A stretch of DNA of 64,000 nucleotides, from NCBI GenBank assembly GCA_963674695.2, contig CAXXGI010000001.1, positions 704,001-768,000 on the forward strand. The letters are read 5' to 3'. Source of the stretch: a bacterium (GTDB taxonomy: Bacteria > UBA10199 > 2-02-FULL-44-16 > JAAZCA01). The notes under the pieces are model-generated. The model searched no databases and was not told the DNA's origin. It saw only the letters and a list, made by a program, of their open reading frames with translations. Position 1 is the first letter of the stretch, and every line of letters begins with the position of its first letter. This document shows, piece by piece, positions 38,821-47,771 of the stretch. The position numbers were made by a program, and so were the translations under genes.

Positions 38821-39165
38821 ATGAAAAAAATAATAGGGGTATTGATTGCAGTTGGCATATTATTCTCACTAGCAATAACATCAAATTTTGCATCAGCATG
38901 GGACAATTCCGAAATTGCACCTGTATATGAGAAACTTCGTAAAAGGTTCTCAGAGGGGCAACTAAAGCAAATATGGTATGAATCATGTTGGTGTGATGAC
39001 AAAGCCAGCAAAAAAGCAGCCTTTGGCACGCCTCAATGGGACAAATTATGGAATAATTGCGAACAAAAAGTCAGGGAAAAAGCCAAGTTGACTCAAGAAG
39101 AATTTGATTATGTTAAAATGTTTTTTCCTGTTTACAGGAAGTGGAAGCAGCCGTCTTTTAAATAA
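38821..39165 (+). CDS. Exported hypothetical protein
   Basis: AAGGAG RBS; signal peptide ending ASA. Confidence 0.7.
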   Translation: MKKIIGVLIAVGILFSLAITSNFASAWDNSEIAPVYEKLRKRFSEGQLKQIWYESCWCDDKASKKAAFGTPQWDKLWNNCEQKVREKAKLTQEEFDYVKMFFPVYRKWKQPSFK

Positions 39166-39321
39166 TTGATACAACCTAAAAAGTAGCGCCATCTTAATAG
39201 GAGCGCCATTGCTTTCATAGCCGTAACTTTATCCAATCATCAATAATAATTAAGGCTGCATTTATAAAATTCCTTGTCCATGGTCTTATTAGATGAGATA
39301 ATATTATTTTAGGAGGTCATT

Positions 39322-39858
39322 ATGGATAACGAGAGAATTGTTTTATTTAACCAGTTTAACGATGCTGATATCGGTGAATTTGTTCTTCCATATACAAAAT
39401 ACTTTTCTTTGCTCACATATTGGGGAGAAATTTGGGCTGATTTAACTAATAGATTATGCGCTTCATTTTGCAATGACTGCGATGCAAAAATACTGATTGC
39501 AGACCATCTCATTGAACTCATAAACGGTACTCTATTAGCCACGGAAGACTGGAACCTTGGAAAGAGTCTATTGAAACGCAATCGTTTTGACCTAAGACTC
39601 TTACTGGGAGACTCTAAGAGTAATGAACCCATAATAGACTTGCGACAATTAAAGAAGGTTTGTAAGGAACTATTATTGTGGCTAAGGCCTGATACCCAGA
39701 TTGTCGGGATGATAGTGCGGAATGAATCGTGCGAGCATCCGAACTGGAAACACTACAATAAACTCAAACCAAATAGAAATTGTCCAGTTGAAGACTCTTC
39801 ATCTACAGCTAAGGGACTCCCTATAAAAGAGTGTTCATCCAATGTTGTTAATCCTTAA
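39322..39858 (+). CDS. Hypothetical protein
   Basis: AGGAGG RBS; 178 aa. Confidence 0.6.
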   Translation: MDNERIVLFNQFNDADIGEFVLPYTKYFSLLTYWGEIWADLTNRLCASFCNDCDAKILIADHLIELINGTLLATEDWNLGKSLLKRNRFDLRLLLGDSKSNEPIIDLRQLKKVCKELLLWLRPDTQIVGMIVRNESCEHPNWKHYNKLKPNRNCPVEDSSSTAKGLPIKECSSNVVNP

Positions 39859-40204
39859 GGATATAGCCCGTTAATACATTGAAATCAGGATTGTCAACCT
39901 TAGTGGGTTGATTTGAGGTTGTCATGTCAACCCACTTTCTCAACTAGTCTCAACTCTGCAAACTGCTCACAATCATTGAGTCAGAGGTCATTTATGTGGA
40001 GTCTTGGTGGGTTTACCAAAGGTTGTCATTCCAAACTATAAGGGGCTTACAAGAGTCTGCGTCAGTGCCGGCTCTCCTTTTGTGAAAAGGAGATTCGTCT
40101 AAATAAAAAGTATTATTCATTAAGGCATTCACCGATAAAGCTGTGTCCAAAAAACAAATCTATGTTGGACAGTGAAATCTGAATTTCCGATGGTTGATAT
40201 TACA

Positions 40205-40807
40205 TCACTTTTGGGGAGTATTTTTCTGGGGATTTTTGGACAGGAAGCTGGCAACGGTTGATTTTGAAATACCCAAGCGAGATGCGATTTCCCGTACTCC
40301 TAAGCCTTCACATTTGAGGTGTATGGCTTTTTCAAGGTTGAATTGAACATTTGGTCGGCCCAATTGCTTCCCTCTCGCCTTAGCGGCTTTTATACCAGCC
40401 TTGACACGCTCCACAATCAATGACCGTTCTAATTCGCCGATTGCGCCAACAATGGTAAATATCGCTTTTCCTAGCGGCGTAGATGTGTCGATATTTTCGC
40501 TAAAGCTGATGAATTCTATGCCCAGGTTTCGGAATTCATCGAGGGCAGAGAGAAGGTGCTTCGTGCTTCTTGCGAAGCGGTCAAATTTCCATACGCTGAC
40601 TATATCAAATTTACGCTTCTTTGCGTCGTCCATCAGTGCATTAAGGGCTGGACGTGAATCCTTTGCACCGCTAATCCCTTCATCAACGTATTCTCGATAT
40701 ACACTAAAACCTCTTGCTTCACAGTATTCCCGAAGTGCCTGCAACTGCATATCGGGCGATTGCTGACCGTTATTGGTGGATACCCGTGCATATATGGCAA
40801 CTTTCAT
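40205..40807 (-). CDS. Serine resolvase/invertase
   Basis: AIYARVST, ISG..DSRP, KFDRFARS, C-terminal HTH. Confidence 0.93.
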   Translation of the reverse strand: MKVAIYARVSTNNGQQSPDMQLQALREYCEARGFSVYREYVDEGISGAKDSRPALNALMDDAKKRKFDIVSVWKFDRFARSTKHLLSALDEFRNLGIEFISFSENIDTSTPLGKAIFTIVGAIGELERSLIVERVKAGIKAAKARGKQLGRPNVQFNLEKAIHLKCEGLGVREIASRLGISKSTVASFLSKNPQKNTPQK

Positions 40808-40838
40808 AAAACCCCCTCTCTTTTTTATTGTTGACTTA

Positions 40839-40902
40839 TGTAACATATATGTTACACTTTATCACACACGATGTCAATGGAATATGTAACCTATATGTTA
40901 CA
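40839..40902. promoter_or_regulatory. Two palindromic operators between divergent resolvase and HTH genes
   Basis: TGTAACATATATGTTACA (40839-40856) and TGTAACCTATATGTTACA (40885-40902). Confidence 0.7.
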
Positions 40903-40919
40903 TTATTAGAGGGGGAATT

Positions 40920-41156
40920 ATGATTCAGTTACTATTTGGTAAATTGTTTCGAGAATTGAAAGAGAAACATGGGTGGGGGATTTCTGAAATATCTAAAAAA
41001 ACAGGGATTGATAGAATGACATTATATCGCTTAAAAAATGCTAAAAATCCTAATTCTAAACCTCCTAATGGTTTTAATGCCACTCTCAAGTTAGTTGACC
41101 GCATTTGCACAGGTCTTGGCGTCGGATTGAATAAAGTCGTAAAATATAAAAAATAA
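40920..41156 (+). CDS. Cro/C1-type HTH regulator
   Basis: GISEISKKTGIDRMTLYRLKN. Confidence 0.8.
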   Translation: MIQLLFGKLFRELKEKHGWGISEISKKTGIDRMTLYRLKNAKNPNSKPPNGFNATLKLVDRICTGLGVGLNKVVKYKK

Positions 41157-41541
41157 TATTTTAAAATTAGTGTAGGGGCCATTTCGATTGCCCCATAAAA
41201 TATACAATAATATCAGATAGTTCTGCTTGTTTGCCCTCTCATTTCGACGGTGTGTCAAATCTAGTCGAGTACTTCAAAAAAAAATTCCCAAATTAGTACT
41301 GAACTCGCTCGTGGGGGGGCTCTGCGTAACCACTTGAAAAATCGGTGAAAATTAAAAAGCTGTTTTTATAGAAGTCTATAAAGTTCAATAAAATCATATA
41401 GATATGCGATTTTTTCCGTTGATGTATCCAAATCGAAATCGTAGAAGCACTAAAGTTGTTCAATGACAGTGAATGACTGAACTGGGTGTTTATGCTGATA
41501 CGGCGGATAATCATCTTTCGCCATCGGCAAGGAGTGCTGGC

Positions 41542-41895
41542 ATGGGATGCGATAAAAATATTTCAGAAATTTCGATTCGCCTCGTTAAACCTACTTCTAG
41601 TCTCGTTGGATTCGCTTCGCTCGTCTATGACAAAGCAATCTTCTTGGGAAACATCGCCATCCATAAAAGGCCTGAAGATGGTTACCGCTTAACATATCCA
41701 TCTCAGACATCCCTGGGAGATAGAAAATTCCAGTCGTTCTATCCAATCAATAAACATGTGGGCGAGTTTTTTACTCACGCAGTGGTTGCGGAGCTTGAAA
41801 GGCTCACCGAAAAACTAAACTCAACAGAAGGAGTGCTGAACTATGCGAACACCCTTGGGTATAATAATGGGTGCGGAGAAGACTCGCACCCATAA
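41542..41895 (+). CDS. SpoVG-family nucleic-acid-binding protein
   Basis: ISEISIR...LVGFASLVYD...GNIAI...LTYPS...YPIN; AAGGAG RBS. Confidence 0.7.
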   Translation: MGCDKNISEISIRLVKPTSSLVGFASLVYDKAIFLGNIAIHKRPEDGYRLTYPSQTSLGDRKFQSFYPINKHVGEFFTHAVVAELERLTEKLNSTEGVLNYANTLGYNNGCGEDSHP

Positions 41896-42952
41896 GTTAA
41901 AAGTCATTAGATTTGGATTAGATAAACTTACTTTCTCGATAATACCAGATAATATAAGTCGTTATGCTGATTTTGTAGCTGACATTCCAATCGGTAATAA
42001 TTATAAGTCCTTTTTTGCCGCCCCAAAAAAATCATTTTTTCACAAAAAGCTTGGCAAGCAATTCGAGTGTTACTTTCCTTCGAGCAAAGGCACAAGTAGG
42101 ATTTATAAATATGGTATTCGGTGCGCCGAATACAGATTAGAGTTGGCACGTCCTGAAGTAATCGCATCTCTTATGCGGGGGAATACACCTCCGTTGCTTC
42201 TTTCCCCGACGATTAAAACAATCTACTCAAATAATATCGAACAACTCAATTTAATTATTGAACAAATAGGCGCTGCGGTGGGTGTTCAAGGCTATTGGAT
42301 AAGTAACATTGAAGTAGCGGCAGACTTTATTGGATGGTGTCCGACCTATAAAGACATTGTTAAAAACAATTTTGAATGTAAGGCATCGCACTACATATTT
42401 CGCAGTAAAGGAAATGCAAATAATATAGAAACTCTTTATCACGGTTCTGAAAATAGCCCAATTCGTTCAGCGATATATAACAAAACAGTTGAATGCCATA
42501 TACACAGCAAAGAGTGGTTACTTGAACTCTATGGACAAAACGCCGATGAAACACTTTGGCGATTAGAATTCAAACTTCGCCGAGAAGCTCTTAAACAATT
42601 CGAGATTATAAACCTTAATGATTTGGCAACGAAAATTTATACTCTCTGGGCTCACCTCACAAAAAAATGGCTAGTTCACAACCGTAAAGGAATTCCTTCG
42701 CCTGAATGGAGGGCCTTACAAAAGTTAGATATGGGTGACGTCCCACCACTAATTCGTAACGCTTCACCTGTGCCAAAGCGAACCAATGCAAAAATTATGG
42801 ATAGAATATGGAATGAATGTGTCAATTATGGCACAATTAACAACTGTGACCGTCTTAAACAAGTTATGAACGTCATAGTTAAAGGGCTTGTTGAAAGAAG
42901 CCCAACTTTTAAAGAAGAGGTATTTCAAAAGCGTATTAAAATGTTTGAGTAG
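41843..42952 (+). CDS. Rep_trans-like replication initiator/relaxase
   Basis: GLDKLTF, ISNIEVAADF, ETLYHGS, AIYNK, WRLEFKLRR. Confidence 0.75.
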   Translation: MRTPLGIIMGAEKTRTHKLKVIRFGLDKLTFSIIPDNISRYADFVADIPIGNNYKSFFAAPKKSFFHKKLGKQFECYFPSSKGTSRIYKYGIRCAEYRLELARPEVIASLMRGNTPPLLLSPTIKTIYSNNIEQLNLIIEQIGAAVGVQGYWISNIEVAADFIGWCPTYKDIVKNNFECKASHYIFRSKGNANNIETLYHGSENSPIRSAIYNKTVECHIHSKEWLLELYGQNADETLWRLEFKLRREALKQFEIINLNDLATKIYTLWAHLTKKWLVHNRKGIPSPEWRALQKLDMGDVPPLIRNASPVPKRTNAKIMDRIWNECVNYGTINNCDRLKQVMNVIVKGLVERSPTFKEEVFQKRIKMFE

Positions 42953-43011
42953 GAGTGTAATGGAAAGACCTGTAAACATTAGAGAGTTAGCAGTTTGAGG
43001 GAGGAAACAGC

Positions 43012-43263
43012 ATGACTTGCCAAAACAATTCAAATGGAATACCAAACAGCCCGAAACAATCAGTTCAGCTCATTGACAATCAGCTGTGGTCAACGCCACG
43101 ACTTTCAGAATATCTCGACGTACCCATTATGACGATTCGGGATTGGGTGTATAAACGCCAAATTCCATTCCTCAAAGTGGGTCGTCATATCCGATTTAGA
43201 CCTTCCGACGTTCAGAGATGGCTTTCCGATAGGAGCAAAGGGTATGGCCATCCAAAAGGTTAA
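43012..43263 (+). CDS. xis: Excisionase-like HTH protein
   Basis: LSEYLDVP..TIRDWV...IPFLKVGRHIRF; directly upstream of integrase. Confidence 0.8.
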   Translation: MTCQNNSNGIPNSPKQSVQLIDNQLWSTPRLSEYLDVPIMTIRDWVYKRQIPFLKVGRHIRFRPSDVQRWLSDRSKGYGHPKG

Positions 43264-44353
43264 ACGCAAGAAGGGAATAATTTATCGCGTCCGTCTGCAG
43301 TTAGATGGGCGAAGGATTACGAAGTGTTTTGTAAGGAAACATGATGCTATGGAGTTTGAGCGCAATGCTAAAATTGACCCACGGATTGCGGACGGCATTA
43401 ATCTTAGATTTGAACAAGCGGCTCTTGAATGGTTTGAAAACCACGCAAAGCCAAGGAAAGCGCCGGGAACCGTCGTTAACAATGAAGCCCTTATCCGTAA
43501 CGACCTTATACCAGAGTTAGGCAATAAGCGACTTGGTGATATTACTCCGCAACAGGTTGACATGTTTATTCACAAACTAAGACGGCAAATGAGCAATGCA
43601 AGTGTCAACCGTCGATTAGAACTGATAAGGGCTATTTTCAATTACCACATTCGTAGGCGAAATGTGTTGTACAGTCCGATGGCAGGGGTTGCTTTTTTAA
43701 AGGTCAATCCAAAATCTATAAAGTTTTGGACGCTGGAGGAGGGGCGACTCTTTCTGGAACATGCCAAGATGAAGTATGAGGGTACAGAGCGAGAGTATGT
43801 CTATCTTCTTTATCTGCTCGCATTGAATACCGGAATGAGGCTTGGAGAGATGCTTGCTCTTAAATGGTCAGCTGTGGACTTCCAGAACGGCCTGATTACC
43901 GTCTGTCGCACTCTCTGTCATCATACAGGGCAAGTCAGAGAAACGACAAAGGGTCGACGCATTAGGCATGTTCCCATTAATGGTGCCATAGTCGGGATAC
44001 TGAAGAACACATGGGCCAATAGGAAAAATGTCGAATGGGTTTTTCATACCGAAGGAAAGTTACTCGACCAAAGCAATCTCCGTAATCGCCATTGGAAGCA
44101 TGATATAAAAGAGAGCGGTGTGTCGCGAATCCGGATGCACGATATGCGGCATACTTATGCTAGCCATTTCATGATGAACGGAGAAGATATTTTCAAGCTT
44201 CAAGCAATTCTTGGTCATGCAGACATACGCACAACGCAACAGTACGCACATTTCTCTAAAGCTTATTTGTTGGAGAACGTGAATATAGTAAGGTTTGAGG
44301 CGGAAGGAAACGTAATCAAACTACCCGTCAAAAAATCCGGAACGAACGGATAA
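43244..44353 (+). CDS. int: Tyrosine recombinase / phage-type integrase
   Basis: TGMRLGE, HDMRHTYAS, LGH..I.TTQQY. Confidence 0.95.
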   Translation: MAIQKVKRKKGIIYRVRLQLDGRRITKCFVRKHDAMEFERNAKIDPRIADGINLRFEQAALEWFENHAKPRKAPGTVVNNEALIRNDLIPELGNKRLGDITPQQVDMFIHKLRRQMSNASVNRRLELIRAIFNYHIRRRNVLYSPMAGVAFLKVNPKSIKFWTLEEGRLFLEHAKMKYEGTEREYVYLLYLLALNTGMRLGEMLALKWSAVDFQNGLITVCRTLCHHTGQVRETTKGRRIRHVPINGAIVGILKNTWANRKNVEWVFHTEGKLLDQSNLRNRHWKHDIKESGVSRIRMHDMRHTYASHFMMNGEDIFKLQAILGHADIRTTQQYAHFSKAYLLENVNIVRFEAEGNVIKLPVKKSGTNG

Positions 44354-44356
44354 AAA

Positions 44357-44389
44357 ATCGGGCAACCCAGAAATTTCAGGTTACCCGAT
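44357..44389. terminator. Hairpin between convergent integrase and element tRNA
   Basis: ATCGGGCAACC...GGTTACCCGAT flanked by A/T runs. Confidence 0.5.
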
Positions 44390-44394
44390 GTTTG

Positions 44395-44467
44395 TGGAGA
44401 TGAAGGGATTCGAACCCTCGGCCTGTACGTTGCGAACGTACCGCTCTCCCAACTGAGCTACATCCCC
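44395..44467 (-). tRNA. tRNA-Ala(CGC), element-encoded
   Basis: Full cloverleaf: GGGGATG/CATCTCC with G3:U70, anticodon arm GTACG-TTCGCAA-CGTAC, GGTTCGAATCC. Confidence 0.9.
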
Positions 44468-44562
44468 ATAAAATCTTAAAATTTTTCAAAAAGTGGACAC
44501 AAAATGGACACAAAAGTCTTTCAGAAAATTTTTATTCCATGTTTTCAAAGAGTTAAGTCCTC

Positions 44563-44611
44563 CGACCCCCACGTTGCGAACGTGGTGCTCTCCCAGCTGA
44601 GCTAGTGCCCC
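44563..44611 (-). pseudogene. 5' part of target tRNA-Ala(CGC) truncated at the T-arm; right att junction
   Basis: GGGGCACTAGCTCAGCTGGGAGAGCACCACGTTCGCAACGTGGGGGTCG followed by non-tRNA sequence. Confidence 0.85.
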
Positions 44612-44665
44612 ACTCATAGCACAGCATGGGCCAAACGTGACGTGCCTCTTTATCAAAAGAACATG

Positions 44666-44735
44666 CATTGCGCCCGCCGGAGGCGGGTCCGCCTTCGGCG
44701 GAAACGTGGCGCTCTCCCAGCTGAGCTAGTGCCCC
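44666..44735 (-). pseudogene. 5' half of outer tRNA-Ala with 30-bp double-hairpin insertion in anticodon loop
   Basis: ...GCCACGTT[TCCGCCGAAGGCGGACCCGCCTCCGGCGGG]CGCAA. Confidence 0.75.
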
Positions 44736-44767
44736 ATATTGTGAACGATCGATGTGCAGAAATTCTG

Positions 44768-44841
44768 CGCGCCTAGCAGGATTCGAACCTGCGACCTTCT
44801 GCTCCGGAGGCAGACACTCTAATCCGCTGAGCTATAGGCGC
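44768..44841 (-). tRNA. tRNA-Arg(CCG)
   Basis: GCGCCTA/TAGGCGC acceptor, CTCCGGA anticodon loop, GGTTCGAATCC. Confidence 0.93.
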
Positions 44842-44888
44842 CTTGACGACAGTGGAAGGTGAAATGTGGGAAGTGAAAAGAACAGCAA

Positions 44889-45242
44889 TCACTTCAGCAC
44901 GCGCATCAATCCACGTATCATCTTGCATATTTCAAAAGAACGTTCCCGAAACAATTCAATTTCTTGAGTTTCGACGAGATTGCGTCTCTCAAGAATCGTC
45001 AAGACAGGTACACGCTCCCGAAAAGAATTCAGCGAGATTTCATAGAAACAATACTTCTTTTTCTTTGAAGACTGTCCGCTTCCTTCGGCCAAATTATTGG
45101 TGACCGAGAGTGACGCTCTCCTCAATTGATCACCAAGTGAAGACTGATACTTCGATGGCAACCGATCACAAACGGCAAAGACATGTTCGACGAAATCCAA
45201 TGCTTTCTGATAAACGACGAGATGTTCAAAATCAAACTTCAC
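44889..45242 (-). CDS. Four-helix-bundle protein (23S rRNA IVP / Avd-like)
   Basis: FEHLVVYQKA, LGDQLRRASLSV.NNLAEG; flanked by inverted CTTCCCA heptamer arrays (45273-45301, 44851-44877). Confidence 0.88.
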   Translation of the reverse strand: MKFDFEHLVVYQKALDFVEHVFAVCDRLPSKYQSSLGDQLRRASLSVTNNLAEGSGQSSKKKKYCFYEISLNSFRERVPVLTILERRNLVETQEIELFRERSFEICKMIRGLMRVLK

Positions 45243-45312
45243 ATCATACCCCTACCCCCCCCTGATTTATTGCTTCCCACTTCCCACTTCCCACTTCTCA
45301 CTGCTCTTCCTG

Positions 45313-45384
45313 TGGGCGTAGCAGGATTTGAACCTGCGACTCCTACCGTGTGAAGGTAGTACTCTCCCGCTGAGTTATACGCCC
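45313..45384 (-). tRNA. tRNA-Val(CAC)
   Basis: GGGCGTA/TACGCCC acceptor, CTACC-TTCACAC-GGTAG anticodon arm. Confidence 0.93.
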
Positions 45385-45672
45385 AATCTCGCTATGCACT
45401 TTTCAACAGGGGCCCAAGCGGCACCCTCCTCAAACGTGGCGCGCGACCCTAGCGGATGGCCCGTGGAATTTCAAGGGGAAAGCGGGGTTTCTGGCAGGCG
45501 AAGCCAGAGACGCAACAGGCTGTAATGATTTGCATTTATAGCTCTACGTCCAGAAAAGATGTCCTGCTCCCTTCCATCAGACGCCTCTGAAAGTGCAGGT
45601 CCATTTGCATTAGACGCAGCAAATGGCGGCAGCAGCATCCTGCTAAACACCTGTTTTTCCGTGCCTTCATCT

Positions 45673-45687
45673 TGGCACGCCGATTGC
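45673..45687 (+). promoter_or_regulatory. sigma54 -24/-12 promoter
   Basis: TGGCAC-GCCGA-TTGC just upstream of the RAYT RBS. Confidence 0.7.
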
Positions 45688-45701
45688 TTTGTAGAGGAGG
45701 C

Positions 45702-46421
45702 ATGGCCTATCTCCCCCGACGTGAAATTGTGTACGATGGCGTCTCCTTCCACGTGACCTGGCAGTGTCACAACAAGGACTGGCTCCTGAAGTGGGATTGG
45801 GCCAAGCGGATCTACTATGACCTCCTGGTGAAATATAAAGAGAAGTACGGCGTCGTCTTCCACGCTTACAGCTTTATGGACAACCATCCGCACCTGATCG
45901 GAACGCTCACCGACCGGGAACAGTTCTCCCACTTCTTTCAGACCGTCCACAGCCAGTTTGCCCGCCAGGTCAACAAGCGCCTCAAACGACGCGGACAGGT
46001 GGTCATGGATCGCTTTAAATCCCCGCGCATCGAGTCGGACGAGCACATGCTCAAGGCCATGGCCTATGTCGACTTAAACCCACATCGAGCGGGAAAGGTC
46101 GCGCATCCGAAGAAGAACGAATGGTCTTCATATCGCTATTATGCACACGGAAAGGATGATCCGCTCATCACACCGTCGCCATCATATATGGCCTTGGGCA
46201 GAACAGCGATTGAACGACAGCAGGAATATCGAGGCATCGTCGAGGCGATGATGTTTCAGCGCAGACGGATGAACATCTCGAACACGCCGTTCATCGGCGA
46301 TCCGGATTGGGTGCTCGCGCAATATCGAGAACTCTGCCAACGCATGGGACGAAAAGCGACCGACTTCATGGCGTCGCGCATCACCGGCCCACCACCGGAA
46401 GCGCCGCTCGCTGCCGTCTAG
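45702..46421 (+). CDS. REP-associated tyrosine transposase (RAYT, Y1 HUH)
   Basis: FHVT...HN, AYSFMDNHPHL, DRFKS, YVDLNP, WSSY; GAGGAGG RBS. Confidence 0.88.
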   Translation: MAYLPRREIVYDGVSFHVTWQCHNKDWLLKWDWAKRIYYDLLVKYKEKYGVVFHAYSFMDNHPHLIGTLTDREQFSHFFQTVHSQFARQVNKRLKRRGQVVMDRFKSPRIESDEHMLKAMAYVDLNPHRAGKVAHPKKNEWSSYRYYAHGKDDPLITPSPSYMALGRTAIERQQEYRGIVEAMMFQRRRMNISNTPFIGDPDWVLAQYRELCQRMGRKATDFMASRITGPPPEAPLAAV

Positions 46422-46718
46422 GAACAGACAGAATCGATTTTCTCGATTTCATCTCTGCGAAACAAGGTGGGGGTGTGCACAAAGCACACCCCCAGCACAT
46501 CTTCATCAGTTTGACTCTACGAATATCGCCCAGAATCACTCCGAATTGACACGTCAGCTCCCTGCTGTACGGAAAATGGAGCATGCCTGAAGGCCATTGT
46601 GCCCGAATTCACTGAATACTGTTTCGTCTCGTGTTTATTCCTTCGTCTGAAGATTTCCTTTGCTTCGCCTGAAGCTTTTGTGTTTGTTTTGCTTCGTCTG
46701 ACGCTTTCTCATGTCTTT

Positions 46719-47771
46719 TTATTTCATCCGGTACTTGCTGCCTTTGCGCTCCCCCTCCATCACGATGACGCCCTTCTTCTGGAGACGGGCGAGGATCGCC
46801 TTGAGCGTCGGACGGCCGATTCCGGAGCGACGCCCGAGAAATCCGATGGTCGCGGGCTGATGCGTCCTGATGAGCTCGACGGTCTTTTCTTCGAGGACCG
46901 TCAGCTCGCCATGCCCCTTCGTTTCGATCCATCCCTTGAGCTGCTCCGTCTGGCGCTCGAGTGCCTTGAGAAAGAAGATCAGCCACGGATTCAAGTCGGC
47001 ATCGCCCCCGAGTGTCGCCTGCGTCTGGCGCAGGGCGATGTAATAGGCATCCTTGTTGTCCTCGACGATCTTCTCGTGCGAGCTGTACATGCAGAACTCG
47101 TAGCCCTGCCGAAGGAGACAGAGGTTGGTCAGCGCACGCGCGAGCCTCCCGTTCCCGTCGCGAAAGGGATGGATCGCCAGGAACTTTACCACGAACGCAG
47201 CGATGACCTCGAGGTCGTCGACATTGGGATCGCGGAGGTATTCGTTGTAATCCAGGACAAGCTCCCGCATCGCCGCCTCCGTCTGCGGTCCGGGTGGCAT
47301 GGTCTCAAAGATGACCTCCTGCGTCCCTGTTGCGTGGTCGATGCGCACAACGGAGTTGGGAATATTCTTGTAGGCGCCGCGCTGATGGGACGGCAACGCG
47401 TCCTCCGAGAGATAGGCACACATCATCTGGTGAAGCGCGCGGATCGTGTGCTCCGATATTTCGAGCTCACGGAAGTGATCGAAGACGTAGGCCAGGCAGT
47501 CGATGTAGCCGGCAACTTCCGCCTCGTCGCGATCATGAATCTTCTGGATCTTCAACCCTTCGAGCCGCGCGATAATCTCGTCGTCGGAGAGGTGCGAACC
47601 CTCGATGCGCGTCGAGGCACCAGCCGAGGTGATGATCGTCGTCTTCTTGAGGCCGGCGTAGAAATCTCGGTCGAGGGACTTCGAGAACTTCCAGATTTCC
47701 CTGAATGCCCCGATGGCCTTGATGCTCACCAGCGCAATGGAATTGAGGCGGGTTTTCAGAAGGTTTTTCAT
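46719..47771 (-). CDS. Fic family protein with inhibitory STxIEG motif and C-terminal wHTH
   Basis: HPFRDGNGRLAR; ASTRIEG. Confidence 0.92.
   Translation of the reverse strand: MKNLLKTRLNSIALVSIKAIGAFREIWKFSKSLDRDFYAGLKKTTIITSAGASTRIEGSHLSDDEIIARLEGLKIQKIHDRDEAEVAGYIDCLAYVFDHFRELEISEHTIRALHQMMCAYLSEDALPSHQRGAYKNIPNSVVRIDHATGTQEVIFETMPPGPQTEAAMRELVLDYNEYLRDPNVDDLEVIAAFVVKFLAIHPFRDGNGRLARALTNLCLLRQGYEFCMYSSHEKIVEDNKDAYYIALRQTQATLGGDADLNPWLIFFLKALERQTEQLKGWIETKGHGELTVLEEKTVELIRTHQPATIGFLGRRSGIGRPTLKAILARLQKKGVIVMEGERKGSKYRMK

Larger units (their letters stand above)
27320..44580. mobile_element. ~17.3-kb low-GC integrative element in tRNA-Ala(CGC)
   Basis: 18-bp direct repeats, terminal integrase+xis+rep, arm-type TGGNCACAAA pairs near both ends, abrupt GC drop; no capsid or conjugation genes seen. 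Confidence 0.9.

Noticed and set aside
27320-44580. Prophage or ICE
   Set aside because: No terminase, capsid, tail or T4SS/coupling genes recognised
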